DNA from: Candidatus Woesearchaeota archaeon
GTDB taxonomy: Archaea > Nanobdellota > Nanobdellia > Woesearchaeales > UBA9642
Assembly (NCBI GenBank): GCA_038884715.1
Contig: JAWABG010000002.1
Span: 10,275-74,274 of the forward strand
DNA length: 64,000 nucleotides
Direction of reading: 5' to 3'
This document shows, in pieces, positions 45,735 to 55,834 of the stretch (the stretch's first letter is position 1; every line of letters begins with the position of its first letter). Position numbers and translations under genes: made by a program. The notes beneath the pieces are model-generated. The model was not told the DNA's origin and did not search any database. It saw only the letters and a program-made list of their open reading frames with translations.

Positions 45735-46526
45735 ATGAAAAAATACAAACATCAAATCTCAGAAGAAAAAAAAAGGTTTAGAAAAATCTATAGAATACCA
45801 ATCATTATTAGCATTCTCTCTTTTGTAGTATTAATTTTTCTCATACCGCTACCTTTTATTGTATTCAACAAATCTTATTATTATAATCATTATGAACAAA
45901 ACAGAGTTTACGATGTTTTGGGAAGGAATAATACTCAGGCCCTTACTTTTTCCTTGCTTACTTTTTTTAGGTGTGACGAAAAAGCAATGAATCAATTGCA
46001 GAAAAAGCAGAAAAATGAAACTTGCGAGGTATTTTTGAAAGGAAACTACACACACAATAGTACTATTTTTTATTTTACAAAAGAAGAAATAGCTCATCTT
46101 CACGATGTGAAACACCTCGTAAGATTAAGTATTGGTGCAATTTACATCGCGCTGCTGGTTTTTCTGCTTGCAGTAGTTTTTATGTATATTTCAATAAAGA
46201 GAAAAAAAGAAAAAATAAAAAATTTTTTTAATCTTTTTACAAAAATAGTTTTTCAAGGCTCAATATTTTTGTTGCTTATTTATATTATTGTTGTTATTTT
46301 TGTTTTTTTAATAAATTTCAGCTCATTCTTTAATTTATTTCACTCTTTTTTTTTTCCCAAAGGAAATTATTCATTTCCTAATAACTCCCTTTTGATAACA
46401 TTATTCCCAGAAAGTTTTTTTTATAATGCAGCAAAAAAGATTTGGCTATCTGGAGTAATTACTTCAATAATTGTAATTTTGGCAAGCTTTGTATTAAACA
46501 TTCTGATTAAAAAATCCAAAGAATAA
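45735..46526 (+). CDS. DUF1461 / Lit-like integral membrane protein
   Basis: FTKEEIAHLHDVKHLV motif between TM helices. I prefer the ATG at 45735 to the TTG at 45723. Confidence 0.45.
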   Translation: MKKYKHQISEEKKRFRKIYRIPIIISILSFVVLIFLIPLPFIVFNKSYYYNHYEQNRVYDVLGRNNTQALTFSLLTFFRCDEKAMNQLQKKQKNETCEVFLKGNYTHNSTIFYFTKEEIAHLHDVKHLVRLSIGAIYIALLVFLLAVVFMYISIKRKKEKIKNFFNLFTKIVFQGSIFLLLIYIIVVIFVFLINFSSFFNLFHSFFFPKGNYSFPNNSLLITLFPESFFYNAAKKIWLSGVITSIIVILASFVLNILIKKSKE

Positions 46527-46538
46527 AATTCTTAAAGA

Positions 46539-47099
46539 CTAAGCCCTTCCCCTGCTCTCTCCTTTAATAATCCCTGAGGCAATTATGTGTGCGATCCTTA
46601 ATGGCTCAGGAATATCTGAGTGCTTTGTTGTAATATTTAAGACACTTAGGGCATCTCTTAAGCTAATATTAATATGTTGAATATATATGCTATTAATTCT
46701 TTTTGGTTTTGGAAAACTACTTATTAGTTCAATCTCCTTTTTCTTTCCTATTTTTTTTAATGCTGAAAAAATTTTATTATAATCTGGATAATTTCTAATG
46801 ACAACAATTACTGGTATGTTTGTTTTTTTGCTTAACTCGAATATGTTTATAACATTAAAACCACCAACAGCGATTCCCTTGAGAAAAATACACCTAATTT
46901 GTGTTTTAAACTTTGACTTGTTAATCATCTCTGTTATTCTTTTTGTTGCATTAACCCCATCTTTTTTTATCCAGCAACTCAAAAGGCCATCCATGAATAC
47001 TCCGCCACGGAAAACAGTTCCGATAACAAGAACATTTTGTTTGCTTTTTTTTTCAAAAGGGCTGTCATCAATACCGAGAACCCTGATTTCTTTTTTCAT
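46539..47099 (-). CDS. DUF99 (UPF0215, endonuclease-V-like fold) protein
   Basis: N-terminus IRVLGIDDSPF and a length of about 186 aa. Confidence 0.6.
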   Translation of the reverse strand: MKKEIRVLGIDDSPFEKKSKQNVLVIGTVFRGGVFMDGLLSCWIKKDGVNATKRITEMINKSKFKTQIRCIFLKGIAVGGFNVINIFELSKKTNIPVIVVIRNYPDYNKIFSALKKIGKKKEIELISSFPKPKRINSIYIQHINISLRDALSVLNITTKHSDIPEPLRIAHIIASGIIKGESRGRA

Positions 47100-47145
47100 T
47101 TGGAATATTTATTTTTTCCTTTGACATATTTCTTATTTATAATAT

Positions 47146-48231
47146 TTAAAATGTTTCTTTCTCATTTTTCATGTAGACAGTTCTCGTAGGATAAGCAATC
47201 TCGATTCCTTCTTCGTCATATCTTTTCTTTAATGCCTTTATGAACTCGTGCCTGATTAAATACTGGTCAGTATACTTGTTTATTCTGAAAGTTGCATTAA
47301 AATTAATATTTGAATCAGAAAACTCATTAAACCTTATGAATGGGTTGAAATCTTTAACTCCGCCCGGCACTGTTTTTTCTATTTCTTTCATTACTTCAAC
47401 TGTTATTTTTTCAACTTTTTCAAGGTCTGAGTTGTATGATACTCCAACCGGAATAATTATTTGCATATATTGTTCGGGTTTTTCATAATTTGTTATTATG
47501 CTCTGTGCAAATTTTGAGTTAGGTACTACTATAATGTTGTTTCTTGTTGTTTTTATCTTTATTGTTCTCCAATTTATGTCTTCAACATACCCGTTTATTG
47601 GGTTACTAGCGGTTGGCTCTATCTCGACGTAGTCACCGATTCGTACTGTTTTGTCACTGCTTATATAAAACCCAGAAAAAAGATTGCTAAGAGTGTCCTG
47701 TAATGCAAGTGCTACTGCCAGACCACCTATTCCAAGCGAGGCGACAAGCGGAGTAATTTCTACTCCGAGATATCTGAGCATTATTATAAAAATTATAACC
47801 GTAATTGTGATTTGGATGATTATTTTAAATATCTTTGGATATCTTTCTCCGCTACTGTCATGTTTCTTTTTTGCTTCTGAAGCATACCAGTTAAAAATAT
47901 TTCCTGTTAATCTTACTGCGAGATAAATCACCCAGATGAATATTATAACTGTAAAAACTTTCTTAATTGTTGTAATATATGCTACCATGTAATTTACAGA
48001 AGTAATTGATATGTATAATCCTAAGATTATTACACCCCAGAATATTACTGGTTCTATCGCATGAACAATTGCATCATCAAGACTTGTTTTAGTTCTTTTT
48101 GTAAATTGTTTAATAATTTTTGTTATAACGAATTCAAGAATTCTTCCTAAAGCTATTGAAGAAATGAGTATAATAACTGACCATAAAATGTCATGCCTGA
48201 TTAGAAAATCAATAATATCTTGAAAAACCAT
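47146..48231 (-). CDS. mscS: Small-conductance mechanosensitive channel (MscS family)
   Basis: TM helices followed by VRIGDYVEI...GYVEDINWRTIKIKT..NNIIVVPNS. Confidence 0.8.
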   Translation of the reverse strand: MVFQDIIDFLIRHDILWSVIILISSIALGRILEFVITKIIKQFTKRTKTSLDDAIVHAIEPVIFWGVIILGLYISITSVNYMVAYITTIKKVFTVIIFIWVIYLAVRLTGNIFNWYASEAKKKHDSSGERYPKIFKIIIQITITVIIFIIMLRYLGVEITPLVASLGIGGLAVALALQDTLSNLFSGFYISSDKTVRIGDYVEIEPTASNPINGYVEDINWRTIKIKTTRNNIIVVPNSKFAQSIITNYEKPEQYMQIIIPVGVSYNSDLEKVEKITVEVMKEIEKTVPGGVKDFNPFIRFNEFSDSNINFNATFRINKYTDQYLIRHEFIKALKKRYDEEGIEIAYPTRTVYMKNEKETF

Positions 48232-48257
48232 CCTGATTCCTCTTTTTAATCATTTTT

Positions 48258-48485
48258 TTATCTGGCACTTATAAGTGTGCTTGTTAGTTTGACACCTTTT
48301 ATTGACCTGATTTTTTCCATAACAAATCTTGCGAGATCCTCTGCATTTTCTATTTCAACTTTAATTATTATATCCCACTCTCCGAACAGGATATGCGCTT
48401 CTCTTACTTCCTTATTTTTTGTTATTGATTCTAATATCTTTTTCTCATTGGCATCTTCTAAAGTTATTAAGATATATGCAAGCAT
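48258..48485 (-). CDS. Stand-alone Lrp/AsnC ligand-binding (RAM) domain protein
   Basis: The 75-aa sequence AYILITLE...VREAHILFGEWDIIIKVE fits the AsnC_trans_reg pattern. Confidence 0.65.
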   Translation of the reverse strand: MLAYILITLEDANEKKILESITKNKEVREAHILFGEWDIIIKVEIENAEDLARFVMEKIRSIKGVKLTSTLISAR

Positions 48486-48665
48486 TATATCACCCTAACA
48501 ATTGTAATGGTTAGTTATTTTTAAAGCTTGTGATTGAAGCTTTTATATAGACTAAAATATTTTTAAGAACATTTTCAAACTTTCTTATGTATTAATTTTT
48601 TATTATTTATTTCTCTGAATATTTTTATAGTAGACGTATTTGTTGTGTGTTTTTTAGTAAATCTT

Positions 48666-49448
48666 TTATTCTTCTATCTTTCTGGCAATTGTCAAAAATG
48701 CTGTGTGAATATTATTTTTTGTTTCTGGTCTAACTTTCTTTTCTTTCACAATCCAGTCACGCTGGATGTTTTCAAAGTTTCTTATGATGAAGAAGCCTTC
48801 TTTTTCTAGTGTTTTATTTGTCTGCATTGTCTGAGTGATGCAGGGGCTGTATGTTACAATGAACCCACCCAATTTTAATGTTTTTTTTACATTTTTAATT
48901 GCTCTGAAGGGTTCAGGTAGGTCGAGAACAACAAGATCTGCAATAGATTTTGGCAGTTTTGCTGTCTCAATATTCTCATTCTTGATAATTATGTTCTTTG
49001 TTTCAGTGAATATAATGTTTTGTTTTGCCTGCTCGAGATGTTTTTCATTTATATCATAAGAATAAACAACTTTGCAGAATCTCGCGAGATAAATTGCAAG
49101 TGCTGCACTTCCTGTTCCGGCATCGATAACAACGCTGTCTTTTCCTATTCCTGTTTCTGCTATAATAGAACCAATATCTTTAATACTTATTGTTTGAGCG
49201 AATTTTTTTAATTTTTTAAATGTATCAATGAATGATGCGTCGATAATATAAAAATTGTCGTTATTAATATTAGTTTTGTTTTTTGTTTTTTTTAAATCTT
49301 CTTTGTTGATTGTTCCGTGTTCAGTATGATAATCCTTATTTACATCTTCAATATAATATTTTTTTGCCTTAGAAATTGTGACTTCTCTGTCTAAATCTTC
49401 TATAAACTGTTTTTTTTCTTTTTTGTAAATAACTTTTTTTATTAGCAT
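48666..49448 (-). CDS. trmI: tRNA (adenine-N1)-methyltransferase TrmI/Gcd14 family
   Basis: SAM motif VIDAGTGSAALAIYLA, with DLPEP downstream. Confidence 0.75.
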   Translation of the reverse strand: MLIKKVIYKKEKKQFIEDLDREVTISKAKKYYIEDVNKDYHTEHGTINKEDLKKTKNKTNINNDNFYIIDASFIDTFKKLKKFAQTISIKDIGSIIAETGIGKDSVVIDAGTGSAALAIYLARFCKVVYSYDINEKHLEQAKQNIIFTETKNIIIKNENIETAKLPKSIADLVVLDLPEPFRAIKNVKKTLKLGGFIVTYSPCITQTMQTNKTLEKEGFFIIRNFENIQRDWIVKEKKVRPETKNNIHTAFLTIARKIEE

Positions 49449-49609
49449 AGGTTGAGAATAAATATTTTATTTATTTGATTTGTGGTTTTCTGGTGAACTT
49501 TAAAATATTTTTGATTTTTTTGACTTAATTTTCTCGATATGCGATTTTTTTTTCTTGATTGTGATTTATTGGAATTATTCTAAGAAGATTAGAAGAATTT
49601 TAAAAAAGA

Positions 49610-49685
49610 GCGGTGGGCCCAAGATGGCCTGATGAGTTGTTGGGGGATATCAGAAGAAAAGCCCATCCTGACCCACACCGCAACA
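49610..49685 (+). ncRNA. K-turn-containing small RNA (box C/D-type UGAUGA/CUGA pairing, with an alternative H/ACA-like reading and a 3' ACA)
   Basis: GC-rich island with G>C on the + strand. Terminal stem GCGGUG (49610-15) / CACCGC (49676-81). CUGAUGA lies at 49629-35 and CUGA at 49668-71, flanked by GG/CC, so a canonical C/D kink-turn can form. ACA at 49683-85. Two further hairpins (49682-49697 and 49720-49734) and a T-run end the island at about 49746. Confidence 0.5.
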
Positions 49686-49747
49686 TGAAGTCATGTTATG
49701 TGTTTGGTTATGTTTGGATTTCCGTGAATTACGGAGCATTATTTTTG

Positions 49748-50038
49748 TTACACCTCTTTGAGTTTTCCTAACTCTTCTTTTTTATATTTTTCAATTGATT
49801 TATCGAGATTTTTTTTGTTGAGTTTAATTTTGTCACTATTATCTGATATTTTTCTGATTATGTTTTCTTGGTCCTCCAATGTTTTAGGCTCAATAATCTT
49901 GAGAAGAATTCCTTCGTCATCGATTGTATATACATAAAAGCCTGTCCCCTCTTCGATTTTTAGCTCTTCCCTAACATCTTTTGGTATGACTATTTGCCCC
50001 CGCTTATCGCACTGAACAAGTCTGGCGTATTTCTTCAT
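49748..50038 (-). CDS. AbrB/SpoVT-domain DNA-binding protein
   Basis: VQCDKRGQIVIPKDVREELKIEEGTGF. Confidence 0.7.
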   Translation of the reverse strand: MKKYARLVQCDKRGQIVIPKDVREELKIEEGTGFYVYTIDDEGILLKIIEPKTLEDQENIIRKISDNSDKIKLNKKNLDKSIEKYKKEELGKLKEV

Positions 50039-50306
50039 TTTAATTTCTGAAAATCAGATAAATTTACTTAAAATATAATTTATTATCTGATTTATTGTAT
50101 TATTATCTTAAATTATAATATTTTATTATATTTTCTAATTTTATTTCATATAAACAAAATTTATTTTATATTATCAAACTTATATTTTGATAATCGAATA
50201 AATGTTCTGAATATCAGAAATTTATTAAATTGCTACTATTTAAATATTTCGATTTAATTTTTTATCGTATGAAAACATTTATTAACAAAAATTCAAAAAT
50301 AATCTT

Positions 50307-50549
50307 ATGGACGTAGAAAAATACATAAAAAATAACAAATTAAAAATAATTGTCAAACCAAACAGCAAAAAAACAGAAATTCTTGATTATAATCCAGAAA
50401 AAAAAGCTTTAAGAGTCAATATCAAAAGCCCTGCTCACGGCAATAAAGCAAATATTGAAATTATTAAATTATTCTCAAAAATATTAAATAAAAATATAAA
50501 AATAAGCTTTGGATTAAAAAACAAAGAGAAAACATTAGAAATAGTTTAA
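50307..50549 (+). CDS. DUF167 (YggU/UPF0235) protein
   Basis: LRVNIKSPAHGNKANIEIIKLFSKIL. Confidence 0.65.
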   Translation: MDVEKYIKNNKLKIIVKPNSKKTEILDYNPEKKALRVNIKSPAHGNKANIEIIKLFSKILNKNIKISFGLKNKEKTLEIV

Positions 50550-50611
50550 TTAAAATATTTTAATTATAATAAGTTTATTTAATCAGAATAAATTTAATTA
50601 GAATTAATTAT

Positions 50612-51649
50612 TCATTTTTTCATATTCTCATATTTTTCAATTTCATTTTTTAATACTCTTAATTCCACACCAGTATCTTTGAACATTTTAACAGCAAGTG
50701 TAGAACCATGATAGAATCTCTCACAAACCACTCTTTTAATACCTGCAGCAATTATTAATTTTGCACAATCATTACAAGGAGTCATTTTCAAATACAAAGT
50801 TGAGCCATCAATATTCACTCCGTGCTTTGCTGCTTGCGCAATTGCGTTTTGCTCAGCATGAATAGTTCTAACGCAATGAACTCTGCTCACTCCATCAGTG
50901 TGTTCAACTATATGAAACAAATGACCAACTTCATCGCAATGAGGTAATCCTGGCGGACTTCCAACATATCCTGTAGTTAAAATCCTATTATTTTTGACAA
51001 GAACTGCTCCAGTTCTTCCCCTATCACAAGTCCCCCTTTGACCAATAACTTTTACAATGTTTAAGAAATATTCATCCCAACTTGGTCTAATATATGGAAA
51101 TTTTTTTTTTAAATTTTCAATCAACTTATCTATCTTCTTGTAAAATTCTTCAAGTGTGCTATTATTTTTAATAAAGATATCAGCTATTCTTCTGCATTCA
51201 GCAAGTTGCATTCCACCTTCTTTATCATTCATTTCTTTTTCTTCTTTTTCACGTAGCTCTTCTATTGTTTTTGGATCATTCTCTCTATTTCTCAGATGAA
51301 TCCTTTTAAATCTAACCTCAATAGGACTATCTACAAACACAAGAACAAACTCTTTTTCTTCTTTAAAAACTTCAACTTCTGCACGCGCACGAATTGATGT
51401 AACAACATAATTCTTCTCAGGAACCATCGATTTAATTGCTTTTAATGCAAGAACTCCTGAGCCATATTTTGTTCTTAATTCATTCCCCACTTCCCTTAAT
51501 TTATCCCTTGTGATTTTTTGCTTTCTCTTCAGAATTTCCTGCCTTATCATGTCACTAAGACTAATATGTTCAAAATTTTTTTTCTTGACAAGATATTCAG
51601 CAAAACTATCCTTACCAGAACCAAAAAACCCAGTAACCCCAACTATCAT
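50612..51649 (-). CDS. Fusion of a P-loop nucleotide kinase-like domain with dCMP deaminase
   Basis: N-terminus VGVTGFFGSGKDS (P-loop). C-terminus HAEQNAI ... PCNDCAKLI (cytidine/dCMP deaminase zinc motifs). Confidence 0.8.
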   Translation of the reverse strand: MIVGVTGFFGSGKDSFAEYLVKKKNFEHISLSDMIRQEILKRKQKITRDKLREVGNELRTKYGSGVLALKAIKSMVPEKNYVVTSIRARAEVEVFKEEKEFVLVFVDSPIEVRFKRIHLRNRENDPKTIEELREKEEKEMNDKEGGMQLAECRRIADIFIKNNSTLEEFYKKIDKLIENLKKKFPYIRPSWDEYFLNIVKVIGQRGTCDRGRTGAVLVKNNRILTTGYVGSPPGLPHCDEVGHLFHIVEHTDGVSRVHCVRTIHAEQNAIAQAAKHGVNIDGSTLYLKMTPCNDCAKLIIAAGIKRVVCERFYHGSTLAVKMFKDTGVELRVLKNEIEKYENMKK

Positions 51650-51812
51650 ATTCGTTAAGAATCAAAATTAATATAAAAATATTACTTTTTTATAATGAAA
51701 CATTTTTTCTATAATTGACAATCCCTATTAATTTTATAATTTAATTCATAAAAGTTTATAAATTAAAAAATATTTCTTTTACTTTATAAAATACTTGTTG
51801 GGGTTAACAATT

Positions 51813-53639
51813 ATGGTTACAATAAATAATTCTCTTGAAAACAAAACTATTGATAAGGCGATAGCTAACGTAAATAATGAGATTATTAACAACAGTTTTG
51901 AGGCAGAATTACTAACAAATACACAAAATCCTCTTGAGATAGAATTAATAACACATACACAAGATCCAATTCTTGTTACTGCCACAAGTATGATGGTAAG
52001 TAGAACAAAAAAAAAAATAAAAGATCTGTTAATTCCTATTATTGAACCGTCAGTAGATGCCCTTTTGGCTGCGGAAAAAATAATTGTAAATAATTCACTC
52101 AAACGAGGACATTCTTCAACACTAGATCTTACATTTTGGTTATTTTCTTTTTATAGAGCTTCGCGTGTTTTTCTGGATGCTATTGCTAATAAAAGATTTA
52201 ATAGTCTTGATGTGCTTTCTGAGAGATACACATCTCCAATCAGAGGAAACACCACAATAAAATTATTGCAGAATTATAGTGATCTATATGATAGGGCAAT
52301 TCATTTGAGAAAAAAAGAGTGGGACTTCTATGATTCTGCTTTAAATGTACTAATTGATTTTTGGACACAGAAAATTATGAGAGAAGATAATGAAAAGGAG
52401 TGGGAGTATAAGAGAAGGCTTGCTGCAAGAGCCTTGGAAGATGTAAGATATGGGACAGACCAGGGAACACAAACACAGTTTACTCTTGCTTTTAATACTA
52501 GACAACTCCGCAAAGTAATAAGTGATTTTAAGGCTAGTCAAAATCCTGAATTAAAATTTGCTGCATACGTGATGGAGAAGCTTAGCAAATCTGCAGAAGC
52601 AAAGGGTTTAGAAAATTATAAAGGAATTGATGAATTATTAAAAACAAACCCAACCTTTATTAATAATATCAAAGAAAAGGGTGTACTCTTAAGATTTACT
52701 GATAAAAACACTTATATTGAGAAAAGGTTAGAATCCTCAGAAAAAACATTAGATAAACTGATTAGTAAATATAAACCAAATGAATCCTCTTCACAAGAAT
52801 CATCTTTACAAAAAATTAAGTTTCAAACATGGTTGCATGATGATAACTGTGTTGTTCTTCTTGATAAACCATCTATAGAACAAATAAAAAATACAAGAAA
52901 TATATTAGTGAGAGAAATTATAAGAGAAACCAAAGCATTAGAAAAAAATGGAAAATATCATCATTTTTTTAATAATGAAGAAGAATTAACTTTTTTTGTT
53001 AATAAATTATCTGAAGAAGAAAAAGATAACATAATAGAGTCATATTTAGACGGAATGAGAGTTTTTGATCAACCAGGGAGAGCTTTTGAATCTATTCAAT
53101 TTAGATTTACCAGAGTTATGTCAAAGACAGCTAGATCACAAGATATTAGGCACAGAATAGTCGATGCTCCTATTGAAGTAATTACTACACCCGATTATGG
53201 CTTTATGATTCCTCCTATTTTTCAAATAGTTCAAAAAACTAAGAATTATTCATATAATGTGGAAGATGAATATAAGCGGCTTGCTGAGGAAAATGCAAAA
53301 TTATTAATAGATATGCAAAAAGAAGGAATTCTTCCTTATATCATTCAATATCATCAATTAAAAGGAATGAGAACTGTCTCAACTGTAACAATGAATGGAA
53401 GACAGCTTTTTCATTATTTTAGATTAAGAAGGAATAAAGACTCATTAAAAAACGAATTTGAAGATGAAAAAAAGTATAATGATTGGGTTATATATTACCT
53501 CCAGAATAGTCATGCTCAGTGGGATATTGCGCATATTGCTGAACTAATGTTTAGAGAAATAGAAAAACTTGATATTTTTCCAAGAAGAGCATTAGAATTG
53601 ATGAAGCCAAGGACAGAGACATTTAATTTACACTATTAA
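51813..53639 (+). CDS. thyX: Tandem-duplicated ThyX-like (flavin-dependent thymidylate synthase) protein
   Basis: Half 1 has GHSSTLDLTFWLF...NKRFNSLDVLSERY...ARALEDVRY...LAFNTRQLRKVI. Half 2 has FRFTRVMSKTARSQDIRHRIV...TMNGRQLFHYFRLR...SHAQWDIAHIAELM. Both follow the ThyX fold pattern. Confidence 0.6.
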   Translation: MVTINNSLENKTIDKAIANVNNEIINNSFEAELLTNTQNPLEIELITHTQDPILVTATSMMVSRTKKKIKDLLIPIIEPSVDALLAAEKIIVNNSLKRGHSSTLDLTFWLFSFYRASRVFLDAIANKRFNSLDVLSERYTSPIRGNTTIKLLQNYSDLYDRAIHLRKKEWDFYDSALNVLIDFWTQKIMREDNEKEWEYKRRLAARALEDVRYGTDQGTQTQFTLAFNTRQLRKVISDFKASQNPELKFAAYVMEKLSKSAEAKGLENYKGIDELLKTNPTFINNIKEKGVLLRFTDKNTYIEKRLESSEKTLDKLISKYKPNESSSQESSLQKIKFQTWLHDDNCVVLLDKPSIEQIKNTRNILVREIIRETKALEKNGKYHHFFNNEEELTFFVNKLSEEEKDNIIESYLDGMRVFDQPGRAFESIQFRFTRVMSKTARSQDIRHRIVDAPIEVITTPDYGFMIPPIFQIVQKTKNYSYNVEDEYKRLAEENAKLLIDMQKEGILPYIIQYHQLKGMRTVSTVTMNGRQLFHYFRLRRNKDSLKNEFEDEKKYNDWVIYYLQNSHAQWDIAHIAELMFREIEKLDIFPRRALELMKPRTETFNLHY

Positions 53640-53733
53640 TTATGTTTAATATTCCTTTGAATATATTTTCTTGACTAAGTATAAACTAAATATAACTAAA
53701 AATATAAACTATAAAATATTAATATTGATTAAG

Positions 53734-54618
53734 ATGAATAATGGCCTTTATGTTGTAGTAGAGTCTATTGATGGCGGAGGAAAAGATGTTGTAATAGAGG
53801 GTTTGAAGAAAAGGGATCAGACTTTAGGAAAAACCGTTATTGATATAAATTCTATGTGGAAGAATATTGTTCCAGTGAATGATAACCTGCTTTTGCAGAT
53901 TTATGGCAGGGTAATTTTAGATGAGAGAAAAGGCAAGTTCTATTGTGATATTATTCCAACATATTCTGATCTAAAAAAATATTATATCAAGTATTATAAT
54001 AAAATGATTGATTCAATTATTGTTTCTGAGCCTACATTCGGAAGCTTCGGACTAAAAATCAGGACAAAGATTGTAGACTTAAAAAAAGGAGATGATTTCA
54101 CTCCTAAACAAGAAGCAGAAGCATATGCTGCAGATAGATACGAATTGTTGCAGAAATTAATTATTCCAGCAATTAATGATGGTGTTAATGTTTATTCGGC
54201 AAGGTGTTTTATTAGTAGTATTGTTTATCAAAGTCAAAGAACAGAAAATGCATTATCAGTTAATAAAATTATGTCAATACCAGGAAATATTTTTGCGAGA
54301 AAAAATCATCCTGAGCTTGTAATAATTGTTGATATAAAACCCGAGATTGCAGTTGAAAGATTGGCTAAGCGAGATTCTGAACAAACAAAGTTTGAAAAAA
54401 TCTCTTTTTTAGAACTTTTTCAGAAATTCTATATGTCTGGCTTTTTAAAATCTTTTCTAGAAGAGATGGGCTGTAAAGTGGTTTATTTTGATAATAATAA
54501 AAATAGAGATTTAACCGAAGTTTATGATGCAATAAAACAGCTGATGGATGACTTTTATATTTTTAAAAAGAATGCTGAAAATAAAAAAATAAATCTTCTT
54601 AATTGGTACCTAACCTAA
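53734..54618 (+). CDS. tmk: Thymidylate kinase-like protein with a roughly 70-aa insertion
   Basis: VVVESIDGGGKDV (P-loop), SEPTFGSFGLKIR, AADRYELL...ARCFISSIVYQS and PELVIIVDIKPEIAVERL follow the Tmk motif order. ATG at 53734. Confidence 0.6.
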   Translation: MNNGLYVVVESIDGGGKDVVIEGLKKRDQTLGKTVIDINSMWKNIVPVNDNLLLQIYGRVILDERKGKFYCDIIPTYSDLKKYYIKYYNKMIDSIIVSEPTFGSFGLKIRTKIVDLKKGDDFTPKQEAEAYAADRYELLQKLIIPAINDGVNVYSARCFISSIVYQSQRTENALSVNKIMSIPGNIFARKNHPELVIIVDIKPEIAVERLAKRDSEQTKFEKISFLELFQKFYMSGFLKSFLEEMGCKVVYFDNNKNRDLTEVYDAIKQLMDDFYIFKKNAENKKINLLNWYLT

Positions 54619-55235
54619 GATCAAAAGTAATTATTGGAACTATACAAGAAAAATCTTTCAATTGGAAAATACAATAAACACTATAACTTTCAATAGTTTG
54701 AATATTGTCATTAATTATTTCCATAACTTCAAGGAAGTATATCTCAATTCCTTTCTTCATTCTCATCTTTTTTATCTGAAAATTTATTCTCCAAAAATTT
54801 ATTTAAAGGCTGACTGTTTATCATTGCTTTATAACTTATGCTTTTCCCCATATTTTTAACCTCTCTTTTTTCTTGTTTTTTTTCTTATCTATTTTTTTCT
54901 GACGATATTTTTTGGTGATAATATTTTTTATTTATAATAATATATAATATATTTTATTGATGTTTGTGTTTATAAATATGATTGCAATTAAAAATATAAT
55001 TAATAAAATAATAATTAATGAAATATATTTTTTTATACAACTAAATTTATAAATAGAAGATTTTTAAATCAAAAGTTTTTTTAAGGAAAGCTTCTGTTTC
55101 ATAAATTTTTGTTTTATAACACTTCGTGACTATATAGTGATATTATATATTATAATACTAGTAATATTAAATTGTACTGATATGTTATAGACTTTCTTGA
55201 ATATTCCTAAAAAAATCATTCTTAAAAATACATGT

Positions 55236-55739
55236 TTATTTTTGCCATGATAATAAACTTTCAAAACTAGAATGAACAACTTTTCCATTGCTTACATCAA
55301 TCCTTACATTAAAAATATTAAACTTCATTGTTATATACGTAATATTCCACACATTCTCTTCTTCAAAATTTTGTAGTATAATAATTTTTTTTGAGACAAA
55401 TTCAAAAGGATGTTTTTCTTTAAGCAATTTATCCACTATTTCAAATGCCATGTTAAGATTAATTATGACATTGGAAATGTCGAGTTTTTTTATTGTTTTT
55501 TTATTCTTGAAGACTTCTGATTCAGGACTTTGAGTAATTTTTTTTCCAACATCAAATATTGTGATCTTGTCTTTTTTATCATCATAGAATCCTATTTGCC
55601 AGTTATCTATGGGATCATTACTTGAAGCATCCTCAATCATAGCAAATGCATGAGTCAAATAACTATCCTTGTTGATTTTTTTAAATTCCTTAAACGAAGG
55701 ATAAGATTCCAATTTTTTAATAGCTTCTAATGCTTCCAT
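55236..55739 (-). CDS. Hypothetical protein
   Basis: 167-aa ORF with no motif I recognise. Confidence 0.35.
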   Translation of the reverse strand: MEALEAIKKLESYPSFKEFKKINKDSYLTHAFAMIEDASSNDPIDNWQIGFYDDKKDKITIFDVGKKITQSPESEVFKNKKTIKKLDISNVIINLNMAFEIVDKLLKEKHPFEFVSKKIIILQNFEEENVWNITYITMKFNIFNVRIDVSNGKVVHSSFESLLSWQK

Positions 55740-55834
55740 TTTATATTATTTTTTACGAATATATTAAAATGTTTCGAAAACAATATCTTAAAATATCTAA
55801 TTATTAATATCTGATTATTATTATGAAAAATATT

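Noticed and set aside
54662-54859. 65-aa ORF in the tmk-downstream spacer, and a 33-aa minus-strand ORF at about 54752-54853
   Set aside because: No start context and no motifs, and the translation is low-complexity. This is probably non-coding spacer.
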